64,000 bases of DNA from the NCBI GenBank assembly GCA_030390025.1, contig JASTWF010000356.1, positions 310,001-374,000 of the forward strand, read 5' to 3'. Below, in pieces: positions 1 to 12,965 of this stretch. A program made the translations under genes and the position numbers. Below the pieces are notes generated by a model, which was given only the letters and a program-made list of their open reading frames with translations, was not told the origin of the DNA and searched no databases. The stretch's first letter is position 1, and each line of letters begins with the position of its first letter. This DNA comes from Squalus acanthias. Its lineage: Eukaryota.

Positions 1-3000
1 GTGTGTAACCTGGGGAGGATGGGCCCAGCGTGTTCAGACAGTGTGTAACCCGGGATAGGATGGGCCCAGTGAGATCAGACAGTGTGTAACACGGGGAGGA
101 TGGGCCCACTGAGATCAGACAGTGTGTAACCCGGGGAAGATGGGCACAGTGTGATCAGACAGTCTGTAACAGGGAGGATGAGCAGAGTGAGATCAGACAG
201 TGTGTAACCCGGTGAGGATGGGCCCAGTGAAATCAGACAGTGTGTAACCTGGGGAGGATGGGCCCAGTCAGATCAGACAGTGCGAATCCCGGGGAGGATG
301 GGCCCAGTGTGATCAGACAGTGTGTAACCCGGGGAGGATGGGCCCAGTGAGATCAGACAGTGTGTAACCCGGGAGGATGTGCCCAGTGAGATCAGACAGT
401 GTTTAACCCTGGGAGGATGGCTCCAGTGATCAGACAGAGTGTAACCCGGGGTGGATGGGCCCAATGAGATCAGACAGTGTGTAACCCGGTGAGGATGGAC
501 CCAGTGAAATCAGACAGTGTGTAACCCGGCGAGTATTGGTTCAGTGTGATCAGACAGTGTGTAACCAAGGGAGGATGGGCCCAGTGAGATCAAACCTTGT
601 GTAACCCCGGCAGGATGGGCCCAGTGAGATCAGACAGAGTGCATCTCGCGGAGGATGTGCACAGTGAATTCAAACATTGTGTAAAAGGGGGAGGATGGGC
701 CCAGTGAGATCCGACAGTGTGTAACCCCGGGAGAATGGCCTCAGTTAAATCAGACAGTGTGTAACCCGGGGAGTAGGCCCCAGTGAAGTCAGACAGTGTG
801 TAACCCGGGGAGGATTGATCCAGGGTGATCAGACAGTGTGTAACCCGGGGAGGATGGATCCAGTTCGATCAGTCAGTGTGTAACCCGGGGAGGATGGGGC
901 CAGTGAGATCAGACAGTGTTTAATCCGGGAAGGATGGGGCCAGTGAGATCAGACAGTGTGTAACACGGGGAGGATGGGCTCAGTGAGATCAGACAGTGTT
1001 TAATCCGGGAAGGATGGGGCCAGTGAGATCAGACTGTGTGTAACCCGGGGAGGATGGGGCCAGTGAGATCAGACTGTGTGTAACCCGGGGAGGATGGGGC
1101 CAGTGAGATCAGACAGTGTTTAATCCGGGAAGGATGGGGCCAGTGAGATCAGACAGTGTGTAACACGGGGAGGATGGGCTCAGTGAGATCAGACAGTGTT
1201 TAATCCGGGAAGGATGGGGCCAGTGAGATCAGACTGTGTGTAACCCGGGGAGGATGGGGCCAGTGAGATCAGACAGTGTGTAACCCGAGTAGGATGGTGC
1301 CAATGAGATCAGACAGTGTGTAACCGGTGAGGATGGCCCTTGTGAGATCAGACTGTCTGTAACTTGGGGAGGATGGGCCCAGTTAGATCAGACAGAGTGT
1401 AACCCGGGGAGGATGGGCCCAGTGAGATCAGAAATTGTGTAACCCGCGGAGCATGGGCACAGTGTGATCAGACAGTGTGTAACAGGGAGGATGGGCGCAG
1501 TGAGATCAGGCAGTGAGTAACAGGGAGGATGGGCAGATTGAGATCAGACAGTGTGTAACCCGGGGAGGATGGGCCCAGTGTGATCAGACAGTGTGTAACA
1601 CGGGGAGTATGGGCCCAGTGAGATCAGACAGTCTGTAACCCGGGGACGATGGGACCAGTGAGATCAGACAGTGTGTAACCCGGGAGGATGGGCCCAGTGA
1701 GATCAGACAGTGTATAACCCGGGGAGGATGGACCAAGTGAGATCAGACATTGTGTAACCCGTGGTGGATGGGCCCAGTGAGATCAGACAGTGTGTAACCC
1801 GGGGAGGATGGGCCCAGTGAGATCAGACAGTGTGTAACCCGGGAGGATGGGCCCAGTGAGATCAGACAGTGTATAACCCGGGGAGGATGAGCCCAATGTG
1901 GTCAGACAGTGTATAACCTGGGTAGGATGGGCCCTGTGAGATCAGACAGTTTGTAACCCGGGCAGGATGGGCCCAGCGTCTTCAGACACTGTGTAACCCG
2001 GGGAGGATGGGCCCAGTCAGATCAAACATTGTGTAACCCGCGGTTGATTGGCCCAGTGAGTTAAAACCGTGTGTAACCCGGGGAGTATGGGCCCAAAGCG
2101 ATCAGACAGTGTGTAACCCGGTGAAGATAAGCACACTGTGATCAGACAGTGTGTAATAGGGAGGATGGGCCCAGTGAGATCAGGCAGTGAGTAAGAGGGA
2201 GGATGGGCAGAGTGAGATCAGACGGTGTGTAACCCGAGGAGGATGGGCCCAGAGAGATCAAACAGTGTGTAAGCCTGGGAGGATGGGCCCAGTCAGATCA
2301 GACAGTGTGTAACCCCGGGTGAATGTACTCAGTGACATCAGACAGTGTGTAACCCGGGGAGGATGGGGCCAGTGAGATCAGACAGTGTGTAACCCGGGGA
2401 GGATGGGGCCAGTGAGATCAGACAGTGTGTAACCCGGGGAGGATGGGCCCAGTGAGATCACACAGTGTGTAACCCGGGGAGGATGGGGCCAGTGAGATCA
2501 GACAGTGTGTAACCCGGGGAGGATGGGTCAGTGAGATCAGACAGTGTGTAACCCGAGTAGGATGGTCCCAATGAGATCAGACAGTGTGTAACCGGGGAGG
2601 ATGGCCCTTGTGAGATCAGACTGTGTGTAACTTGAGGAGGATGGGCCCAGTGAGTTCAGACAGAGTGTAACCCGGGGAGGATGGGCCAAGCGTGTTCAGA
2701 CAGTGTGTAACCCGGAATAGGATGGGCCCAGTGAGATCAGACATTTTGTAACCCGCGGAGCATGGGCCCAGTGAGATCAGACAGTGTGTAACCCGGGGAG
2801 GATGGGCCCACTGAGATCAGACAGTGTGTAACCCGCGGAAGATGGGCACAGTGTGATCAGACAGTGTGTAACAGGGAGGATGGGCGCAGTGAGATCAGGC
2901 AGTGAGTAACAGGGAGGATGGGCAGAGTGAGATCAGACAGTGTTTCACCCGGTGAGGATGGGCCCAGTGAAATCAGACAGTGTGTAACCTTGGGAGGATG

Positions 3001-6000
3001 GGCCCAGTCAGATCAGACAGTGTGAATCCCGGGGAGGATGGACCCAGTGTGATCAGACAGTGTGTAACACGGGGAGTATGGGCCCAGTGAGATCAGACAG
3101 TCTGTAACCCGGGTACGATGGGCCCAGTGAGATCAGACAGTGTGCAACCCGGGGAGGATGGCCCAGTGAGATCAGACTGTGTGTAACCCGGGGAGGATGG
3201 ACCAAGTGAGATCACACATTGTGTAACCCGTGGTGGATGGGCCCAGTGAGATCAGACAGTGTGTTACCCGGGAGAATGGGCCCAGTGAGATCAGACAGTG
3301 TATAACCCGGGGAGGATGAGCCCAATGTGGTCAGACAGTGTGTAACCTGGGTAGGATGGGCCCTGTGAGATCAGACAGTGTGTAACCCGGGGAGGATGGG
3401 CCCAGCGTGTTCAGACAATGTGTAACCCGGGGAGGATGGGCCCAGTGAGATCAATCATTGTGTAACTCGCGGTTGATTGGCCCAGTGAGATCAGACCGTG
3501 TGAAACCCGGGGAGGATGGGCCTAAAGCGATCAGACAGTGTGTAACCCGGGGAAGATAAGCACAGTGTGATCAGACAGTGTGTAATAGGGAGGATGGGCC
3601 CAGTGAGATCAGGCAGTGAGTAAGAGGGAGGATGGGCAGAGTGAGATCAGACAGTGTGTAACCCGGGGAGGATGGGCCCAGAGAGATCAAACAGTGTGTA
3701 AGCCTGGGAGGATGGTCCAGTGAGATCAGACAGTGTGTAACCCCGGGTGAATGTACTCAGTGACATCAGACAGTGTGTAACCCGGGGAGGATGGGATCTG
3801 TGAGATAAGAGAGTGAATAGCCCGGGGAGGATGGGCCCAGTGAGATCAGACAGTGTGTAACACGGGCAGGATGGGCCCAGTGAGATCAGACAGTGTGTAA
3901 CACGGGGAGGATGGTCCCAGTGAGATCAGACAGTGTGTAACCCGGAGAGGATGGTCCCAGTGAGATCAGACAGTGTGTAACCCGGGGAGGATGGGCCCAG
4001 TGAGATCAGACAGTGTGTAACACGGGGAGGATGGGCCCAGTGAGATCAGACAGTTTGTAACCCGGGGAGGATGGATCCAGTGAGATCAGACAGTGTGTAA
4101 CCCGGGGAGGATGGGATCTGTGAGATAAGAGAGTGAATAGCCCGGGGAGGATGGGCCCAGTGAGATCAGACAGTGTGTAATCCGGGGAGGACGGGCCCAG
4201 TGAGATCAGACAGTATTTATCCCGGGGAGGATGGGTCCAGTGAGATCAGACAGTGTGTGACACGGGGAGGATGGACTCAGTGAGATCAGACAGTGTGTAA
4301 CCCCGGGAGGATGGCCCAGTGAGATCAGACTGTGTGTAACCCGGGGAGGATGGACCATGTGAGATCAGACAGTGTGTAACCCGTGGTGGATGGGCCCAGT
4401 GAGATCAGACAGTGTGCAACCCGGGGAGGATGGGCCCAGTGAGATCAGACAGTGTGTAACCCGGGAGGATGGGCCCAGTGAGATCAGACAGTGTATAACA
4501 CGGGGAGGATGAGCCCAATGTGGCCAGACAGTGTGTAACCTGGGTAGGATGGGCCCTGTGAGATCAGACAGTGTGTAACCCGGGGAGGATGGGCCCAGCG
4601 TGTTCAGACAGTGTGTAACCCGGGGAGGATGGGCCCAGTGAGATCAAACATTGTGTAACCAGCGGTTGATTTGCCCAGTGAGATCAGACAGTTTGTAACC
4701 CGGGGAGGATGGGCCCAGTGAGATCAGGCAGTGTGTAACCCGGGGAGGATGGACCCAGTGTGAGCAGACAGTGTGTAAGCCGGGGAGGATGGGCCCAGTG
4801 AGATCAGACAGTGTGTAACAGGGGGAGGATGGGCCCAATGAGATCAGGCAGTGTGTAACCCGGGGAGGATGAGCCCAGTGAGATCAGACAGTGTTTAATC
4901 CGGGGAGGATGGGCCCAGGGAGATCAGACAGAGTGTAGGCCGGAGAATTTGGGCCCAGTGACATCAGACAATGTGTAACCCGGGGAGGATGGGCCGAGTG
5001 AGATCTAAGACTGTGTAACCCGGGGAGGACGCGCCCAGTGAGATCAGACAGTGAGTAACCCGGGGAGGATGGGCTCAGTGAGATCAGACAGTGTGTAACC
5101 CGGGGAGGATGGTCCCAGTGCGATCAGACAATGTATAACCCGGCGAGGATGAGCCCAGTGAGATCAGACAGTGTGTAACCCGGTGAGGATGGGCCCAGTG
5201 AGATCAGACAGTGTGTAACCCGGTGAGGATGGGCCCAGTGAGATACGACAGTGTGTAACCCGGGGAGGAAGTGCCCAGTGAGATCAGACAGTGTGTAACA
5301 AGGAGAGGATGAGCCCAATGAGATCAGACAGTGTGTGACGCTGTGAGGATAAGCCCAGTGAGACTCGACAGTGTGTAACCCGGGACGGGGGCCAGTGAGA
5401 TCAGTTCATGTGTAATCAGGGGACAATGGGCCCAATGAAATCAGACAGTGTGTAACCCGGCCAGAAAGGGCCCAGTGAGCTCAGACAGTGTGTAACGCGG
5501 GGAGGATGGGCCCAGTGAGATCAGACAGTGTGTAACACGGGGAGGATGGGCCCAGTGAGATCAGACAGTGTGTAACGCGGGGAGGATGGGCAAGTGAGAT
5601 CAGACAGTGTGTAACCCCGGGATTATGGACCCAGTGAGATCAGAGAGTGTGGAACCCGGGGAGGACGCGCCCAGTGAGATCAGACAGTGTGTAACCCGGG
5701 GAGGATGGGCTCAGTGTGATGAGACAGTGTGTTACCCGGGGAGGATGAGCCCACTGAGGGCAGATGGTGACTAAACCGAGGAGGATGGGCCCAGTATGAT
5801 CAGACAATGTTTAACCCGGGGAGGATGGGCCCAGTGCTATCAGAAAGTGTATAACCCGGGGAGGATGGGCCCAATGAGATCAGACAGAGGGTAACCCTGG
5901 GAGGATGGGCCCAGTGAGATCAGTCAGTGTGTAACCCGGGGAGGATGGACCCAGTGAGATCAGACAGTTCGTAACCCGGGGAGGATGGGCCCAGTGAAAT

Positions 6001-6640
6001 CAGTCAGTAGGTAACCCGTGGAGGATGGACCTAGTAAGATCAGAGAATGTCTAACAAGTAGAGAATGGGCCAAATGAGATCAGACAGTGTGAACCCGGGG
6101 AGGATGGGCCCAGTGAGATCAGACAGTGTGTAACCCGGGGAGGATGGGCCCAGTGAGATCAAACTGTGTGTAACCCGGGGAGAAAGGACCCAGTGACATC
6201 AGACAGTGTGTAACCCGGAGAGGATGGGCCCAGTTTGATCAGAGAGTGTGTAACCCGGGGAGGTTGTAACCAGTGAGATCAGATGTGGTTAAACCAGTGT
6301 GGTTGGGCCCAGTGCGATCAGACAGTGAGTGACCCTGAGGATAAGCCCAGTGAGACCCGACAGTGTGTAACCCGGGAGGGTGGGCCCAGTGAGATCAGTT
6401 AGTGTGTAATCAGGGGAAGATGGGCCCAATGAAATCAGACAGTGTGTTACCCGGCCAGGATGGGCCCAGTGAGCTCAGACAGCGTGTAACCCGTGCAGGA
6501 TGGGCCCAGTAATATCAGACAGTGTGTAACCCAGGGATGATGGGCCCAGTGAGATCAGACAGTGTGTAACCCGTGGAGGATGGGCCCAGTGAGATCTGAC
6601 AGTGTTTAACCCGGGGAGGGTGGGCCCAGTGAGAACAGAC
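1..6640. repeat. 40-bp tandem satellite, array 1 (about 165 monomers, open at the left edge)
   Basis: Consensus CAGACAGTGTGTAACCCGGGGAGGATGGGCCCAGTGAGAT repeated head-to-tail with point variants and 1-2 nt indels; ends at ...GAGAACAGAC near 6640. Confidence 0.97.
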
Positions 6641-6698
6641 TGCATCTGTCTAAATCGCAGAGTTAAAACGCAACATTTCCGCCCCAAATATTTGGTAT

Positions 6699-6707
6699 TT
6701 CCAGGAA
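6699..6707. promoter_or_regulatory. Canonical GAS (STAT) motif TTCCAGGAA just after array 1
   Basis: Matches TTCN3GAA; lies in a flank homologous to 43783-43860, where TTCAGGAAA occupies the equivalent position. Short motif, function untested. Confidence 0.35.
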
Positions 6708-7309
6708 GTCCAGGCTGCCTGTACCGGCGCTCGTTGGAATTTGGCAGAAATGTACTGAAATACTGGGCCCTGAACCTGAAGATTCGGAGGATCCCGGCTC
6801 TGATTCAAGCTTCTGCAATCCGGAATACACTCTCAGCTAAAGCACTAGATTTCTAGTTGTTAACCGTAGCGAGACATAGAGTTTCATAAACCGCTGTATT
6901 CAACAGGGCATAAGCCTGGCGGTGTATGAAATTAGCAGGGATTATGTCACTGTTAGCGTCACTGGGCGGGAATAGCTGTGAGTTAATGCAGGAAATGCTG
7001 GGAGTTACCTCGGATATTGACCTGCTCGGGATCCAGTCTCTCCTGTGGGAGGGTGTGAGTGCGGCTAGGGATACGGGAAAATAAAAATTATCTCATTCTG
7101 CAGAAATATCAGCGCCATGGGCGTTGTGTGTTTGACCTGTGCAATCGGACAATCCTTTGTTCATCATGAAGAAAAATGTAACCGCACACTAAGGGAGCTG
7201 ATCCGCTAAATTCAGATGAAATGAGCTCACAGAAGGCGGGCGGTAACTATAATATTTAACGGTCCATTCTCCAGATGGCGCAGATAATCAGCCAGGAATT
7301 GAGAGAGTA

Positions 7310-7502
7310 CTTCATCTCTCTTTCCTCCTTTAAGACACTCCTTAAAACATACAATTTTGACCAAGATTTTGGTCACCTGCCCTAATTTATCCTTATGTGG
7401 CACGGTGTCAAAAATGTTTCTCTTCAAATGCTCCTGTGCAGCGACTCGGGAACCTTTACTACGTTAAATGTGCTATATAAATACAAGTTGTTGTTGTTGT
7501 AG
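7310..7502 (+). mobile_element. 3' end of an L2-type LINE with (TTG)n tail
   Basis: ...CTCCTTAAAAC...GACCAAG...GGTCACCTG...GCTATATAAATACAAG(TTG)n resembles the conserved L2 3' terminus shared with the SINE tails at 59954 and 60588. Confidence 0.7.
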
Positions 7503-8001
7503 CAATAGTTTACTTCAGACAAAGAAGAGAGCTATAGACAGTGGGAGGAAGAAACCGGTTGTCAATAAGTGTAATTAAAACAGGGCAACGCTCCAGGAAA
7601 GTTGCTGGGTTGTCTGAGCTGATTATATTTTCTGTCAGCTCTCTCTGCCTGAGATGCCGCTGAAAGAAAGCAAAATACGAGAGAAACAAAGACAGGTGCA
7701 GACTGGGCGGATGTGTCCTGGATGGACTTCAGCCAAGAATATAAATAAATGGCAGTGATTACAAACACCGGAGCAAGTCCCCAAAATGTGAACTACTCCT
7801 GGAAAACGCGCGTCTCTTATATGAGGAGTCTCTAACTGCGGGCTGGGGAATTATATTTTTGTGTATCAATGATTTTCGTTTTTACGAATAACTACGGGAT
7901 TAATTTATATTACATTCAAATTCACACCGTCAATATTGTTCTCCTTTTCAGCCCTGCCAGATTTAGATTACCCGATGTATGACGGAGTGATTGAGACAAA
8001 T

Positions 8002-8132
8002 GCACAGCAGGAAGTAAACAGTGTTGTAGACTGAGGAACAACAGCAGTTGAACCAGCACAGGATTGTGCGGGCACCAACCAGAAAGAACCCTTCCGATTC
8101 AAAGAGCTTCCAGAGATCGACTGGGGAGAAAG
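8002..8132 (+). other. Paralogous copy 1 of a putative non-coding first exon / promoter-proximal segment
   Basis: Clearly homologous to 44030-44160 (CACAGCAGGAAGTAAACA...GAACCCTTCCGATTCAAAGAGCTTCCAGAGATC); ends at a consensus donor AAG|GTAAGA (GT at 8133). Confidence 0.4.
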
Positions 8133-8440
8133 GTAAGAGAGAATCCCATTGACTCAGATAAACACTGGTCCTGGAGCTGGACTGGGGAGAAAGGGCAGAG
8201 AGAGTCCCATTGACTCAGATACACAATAGTCCTGGAGATGGACTGGGGAGAAAGGTCAGAGAGTCCCATTAACTCAGATACACACTGGTCCTGGAGATGG
8301 ACTGGGGAATAAGGTCAGAGAGTCCCATTGACTCAGATACACACTGGTCCTGGAGATCGACTGGGGAGAATGGTCAGAGAGTCCCATTAACTCAGATACA
8401 CACTGGTCCTGGAGATGGACTGGGGAGAAAGGTCAGAGAA
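8110..8440. repeat. About 60-bp tandem repeat (about 5.5 copies)
   Basis: Unit GACTGGGGAGAAAGGTCAGAGAGTCCCATTGACTCAGATACACACTGGTCCTGGAGATG; present as a single copy at about 44140-44207. Confidence 0.92.
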
Positions 8441-8504
8441 GTAGCAGCTGTTAAATTGTAGAAGGGCCTACTCCTGCTCCTATTTCTTCTGTTCTTATGG
8501 TCTT

Positions 8505-10840
8505 TAATGCAGAAATCAGACAAGCATGTAGCAAAGGCAGAGTGAGTTTAATTGGGAATTTAACTTTCATATAGATTATGATAAGCAGGGTAGCACATGT
8601 CAGAAAGGTAGGGAAATTCTTGAGCGTGTACGGAATAGTTTACTGCCACTATATACCCTTGAACCAACAAACGGCAGGCCATATTAGTTTTAGAAATTAG
8701 TAATGAGCAGCTTTAGTTAACAGCCTAACTGTGCGTGAACATTTATCAAACAGGGGTCATAATATAATCGTAGTATTTGAAAGGGCGATACAGACAACAG
8801 CTGTTAAGATTTTAGATTTATGTAAGGCTGACTTCAATGCGATGAGCCAGAGGCTGTCTACAGTAAACCGGGGACTCTGTTCATGGGTCAAACGACAGAA
8901 GGTCAGTGGGAGGCGTTCAAAAATAATTAAACTTGTTACAGAACCGGTATATACCGTTAAGGGGCAAGAGCGCTATTTGCCAAAAGAAACTGCCATGGAT
9001 GACAAAAGCGGTAAGGGTAAAATAAAACTCAAAGGTAATGCATAAAAATTGCAAAATCTACCACAGATGCTGGTGAATGGGATAGATACAAAGACGAACA
9101 AAAGATGACAAAACAGACAGCAAGAGATACAAAAAGGAATATGAAAAGAAACTTGCAAGAGATATCAAAATCAACACTTTTTTCACAATTATATTGGGAA
9201 GAGAAGGTGTTCGGGAGAAATGTGGGCCCTCTTCAAAACTGATAACGATGATATTGGAAATGGAATTAAGCAAATGGCAGACATATTGAAGAATTATTGT
9301 GCCAGTGCTTACAGTAGAGGAAAAGGATGGCATGCCGAACATTACAAGTCAATTAATATTGAATCAGGAACGGGGATTCAGCAAAATTAACGTGAGCAAA
9401 ATAACAGTAGTTAAGAAAATAATGGCAAGAACGTGTGAGAAATCCACAGGAGCAGATGTTTTCTATCGCAGGATTTTCAAGGAAGTCGGTGACAACATTA
9501 TGGGTGGCCTAACTACAATCTTTCAAAGTTCTCTCAATTCGGGAACCGTGCCTTTAGATTGGAAAATTGTGCATGCAACTCCACTATATAATAAAGCTGA
9601 GACCGGGAAACAAGCAAATTATAGACCAGTTAGCTTCACATCTGTTCTCGGGAAATTAATAGAATCTATAATTAAGTATAGAGTTACTGAACAACTTGAC
9701 ATTTTTAGCTGTTCAGTGAGCCAGCATGGATTTGTAAAGGGTAGAACATGCCTGACGAAACTGATTGACTTTTTTGAATAGGTGACTAATGTAGTGGACA
9801 GGGGAATGTCTATGGATGTTATTTATATGGACTTCCAGAAGCCATTTGATTAAAGTCCCTCGTAAGAACCAATGTGGAAGTGCACGGAATTGAAGGCAAA
9901 TTATTTACCTGGTTAGGACATTGACTGAGTTGCAGGAGACAGAGAATAAGGATAATAAGCAGGTACTCTAATTGGAAGGATAGGACGAGTGATGTACCGC
10001 AAAGATCTGTGTTCGGGCCTCAACTATTCAACATATTTATTAACGATTTAGATGATGGGATAGAAAGCCACATATGCAAGTATGCCGTGTAAATGGAAGT
10101 ATAACATTTGAAGTTGATTTTAATAGATTAAGTAAATGGGCAAAACGTTGGCAAATGGATTTATATGTAGGCAAATGTGAGGTTAAAAGCGATAGAGCAT
10201 AATACTTTCTAAATAATGAAAAGCTAAAAAAGTCGAGGTCAAAAGAGACTCGGGTGTCCAAGTACATAGATCATTAAAATGTCATGGACAGGTGCAGAAT
10301 ATAATCAAAAAGACTAATTGAATGCTGGCCTTTATATCTAGAGGACTGTAATACAAGGGGGTCGAAGTTATGCTATAATTATACAACACCCTTTTCAGAC
10401 CACACCTGGAGTACTGCGAGCAGTTCTCGGCACCAAACATTATGAAGGATATGTTGGCATTGGAGGCTGTGCATTGTAGGTTTACCAGAATGATAACTGG
10501 TCGCCAAGGTTTCATTTAAGAGGAAAGATTACACGAACTACGATTGTATCCCTGGAATTTAGAAGGTTAAGGGGTGATTTGAATGAAGTTTTCAAGATAT
10601 TCAGGGAAATAATAGGGTAGACAGAGAGAAACGATTCCCGCTGGTTGTGGAGTCTAGGAGTAGGGAGCAGGGTCTAAAAATTAGAGCCAGGCTTTTCAGG
10701 AGGGAAGATAGAAAAACACTTCCACGTGCAAAGGGTGGTAGAAGTTTGGAATTCGCTTCCGCAATCGCCAATTTGTGATTGGTCAATTGCTAATGTTAAA
10801 TCTGGGATTAGTTTATTTCGTTAACCAATGGTTTGAAGGG
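8505..10840 (+). mobile_element. Degenerate CR1 LINE ORF2 (endonuclease C-terminal part and RT)
   Basis: ORF 9299-9781 contains VPLDWKIVHATPLY..NYRPVSFTSVLGKLIE..QHGFVKGRTCLT; downstream remnants of YMDFQKPFD, QRSVFGP and RPHLEYC motifs; many stops and frameshifts. Confidence 0.9.
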
Positions 10841-11254
10841 TCGATGTACTTCTGAAGATTCGTTGCTGTTTATTACAGCCAGAACTGACGGTGCAGTCAG
10901 TAAGTATGCAATATTAGCTCTTGTGGTGTAAACTCTGTTGTTGCAATCGCAGCTACAAAGTTAGAAAAACTGGCTGAATGTTCAGTGTTAATGTTCTTAA
11001 CTAAACTCAGAATGCGTGATGTTGGTTTTGTTATTTCCGTTTCAGTTATTCTGGCTGAGTGATTTCCTCTATTGCCAGGGTAACAATCTGTCAGATTTCA
11101 GTGTAGAGACGTTGACGCCAATTTATATCCGGAAGACGGCGAGACATTCAGTGTAAACTACATTCTATCTGTTCGGGAATCCAGTAGTAGGAACATCTTC
11201 TGGATATTTGCAATATTTTTTATATGATTTCCATACCAGTAAAATTATATTATA

Positions 11255-11885
11255 AGAGCAACAGAGGAACAGGAGGAGACTATTCAACCCCTCGAGTCTG
11301 TTCCTCCATTCAATTATATCATGGCTGATCTCTATCTTAGATCAATCATCAGCATTGATTCTCTAACCCCAATACCATGACCTAACAAAAATATGTCAAT
11401 ATTGGTTTTGATTGTGACTGATCTGTATCTTAACTCCTTGGACCTGCCTTGGTTCCAGGACCCTTAACGCCTAACAAACATCTATTAATCTCAGTTTTGA
11501 CATTTTGAATTGACCGAGCCTCATCAGCTTTTTGAGGGAAAGTGTTCCAGATTTTCACTACCACTTGTGGGAAGAGGAGCTTTCTGAAATCACCCCTGAA
11601 CAGCCAAGCTCTAATGTTAAGTTCATGCCACCTTGTGCTGGACTCCGCCAACCAGAGGAAATAGCTTCTCTCTATTTCCCCCATTAAATCCTTTGACTGT
11701 ACAAAACGCATCAATTCGATCACCCATATTCTCCTATACTCAAGGCAATAAAAGACTGATGAATCTGCGCTGCATCCTCTCCAAGGCCAGCATATCTTTC
11801 CTGAAGTGAGGTGCCCAAAACTGAATAAAATACTCCGAACGGGATCTAACCAGAGCTCTGTTCAGCTGTAGCATAAATTCTACAC
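11255..11885 (-). mobile_element. CR1 LINE 3' fragment
   Basis: ORF 11430-11723 resembles the CR1 ORF2 C-terminus (..VVKIWNTFPQK..); CR1-type 3' UTR near 11260-11330. Confidence 0.8.
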
Positions 11886-12965
11886 CTTTTTATAAGTATC
11901 ATAGAATCATAGAATGGTTACAGCATGGAAGAAGTCCATTCGGCCCGTCGAGCCCGTGCCGACTCTCAGCTAGTCCCATTGCCGCATCCTTTCCTCGTAG
12001 CCCTGCATTTTTTTCCTGCAGATATTTATCCAACTCCATATTGTAAGATAACATTGAGTCTGCCTCCACCACCCTTTCAGGCAGTGTATTCCAGATCTTA
12101 ACCACTCGCTGCGGAAACACGTTTTCTCTGATGTCGTCTTTGGTCCTTTTGCCTATCACTTTAAATCTGTGTCCTCTGGTTCTCGACAATTCTGCCAATG
12201 GGAACACTTTTCCTCTATCTACCCTGTCCATGATTTTGAACACCTCTATCAAATCTCCTCTCAATCTTCTCTGCTCCAAGAAGAACAACTCCAGGTTCTC
12301 CAGTCTATCAAAGTAACTGAAGTCCCTCATTCCTGGAATCATTCTCGTAAATGTTTTCTGCACCGTCTCCAAGGCCCTCACATCCATCCTATTGTGCGCT
12401 GCCCAGAATTGGACACAGTACTCCTGTTGGGGCCAAACCAGTGTTTTATACAGATTCATCATAATTTGCACACTGTTGAACTCTATATGAAGCCCAGAAT
12501 CCTTTTTAACTGCTTTCTCAAACTGCCCTTCCGCCTTCAACGATTTATGCACACATGCCCCCAGGCCTCTCTGTTAGTGCACCCCTTTAAAGATTGTACC
12601 ATTTAGTTTATTTGTCCACTCCTCTTTCTTTCCACCAAAATACATCACTTCACACTTTTCTGCTTTAAATTTCATCTACCACGTCTCCGTCCATTTACCC
12701 AGCCTGTCTATGTCTTCCTGAAGACTATCGCTCCCCTCCTCACTGATCACTATACTTCCACGTTCTGTGTCATCTGCACATTTTGATATTGTGCCCTGTA
12801 CACCCACGTCCAAGTCATTAATATACATCATTAAATGCAGTGGTCCAAGAACCGACCCCTTGGGAAAACATTGTATACCTTCCTCCAGTCCGAAAAATAA
12901 CTGTTCAGCACTAATTTCTGTTTCCTGTCACTCAACCAATTTCGTATCCAGGCTGCCACTGGTCC

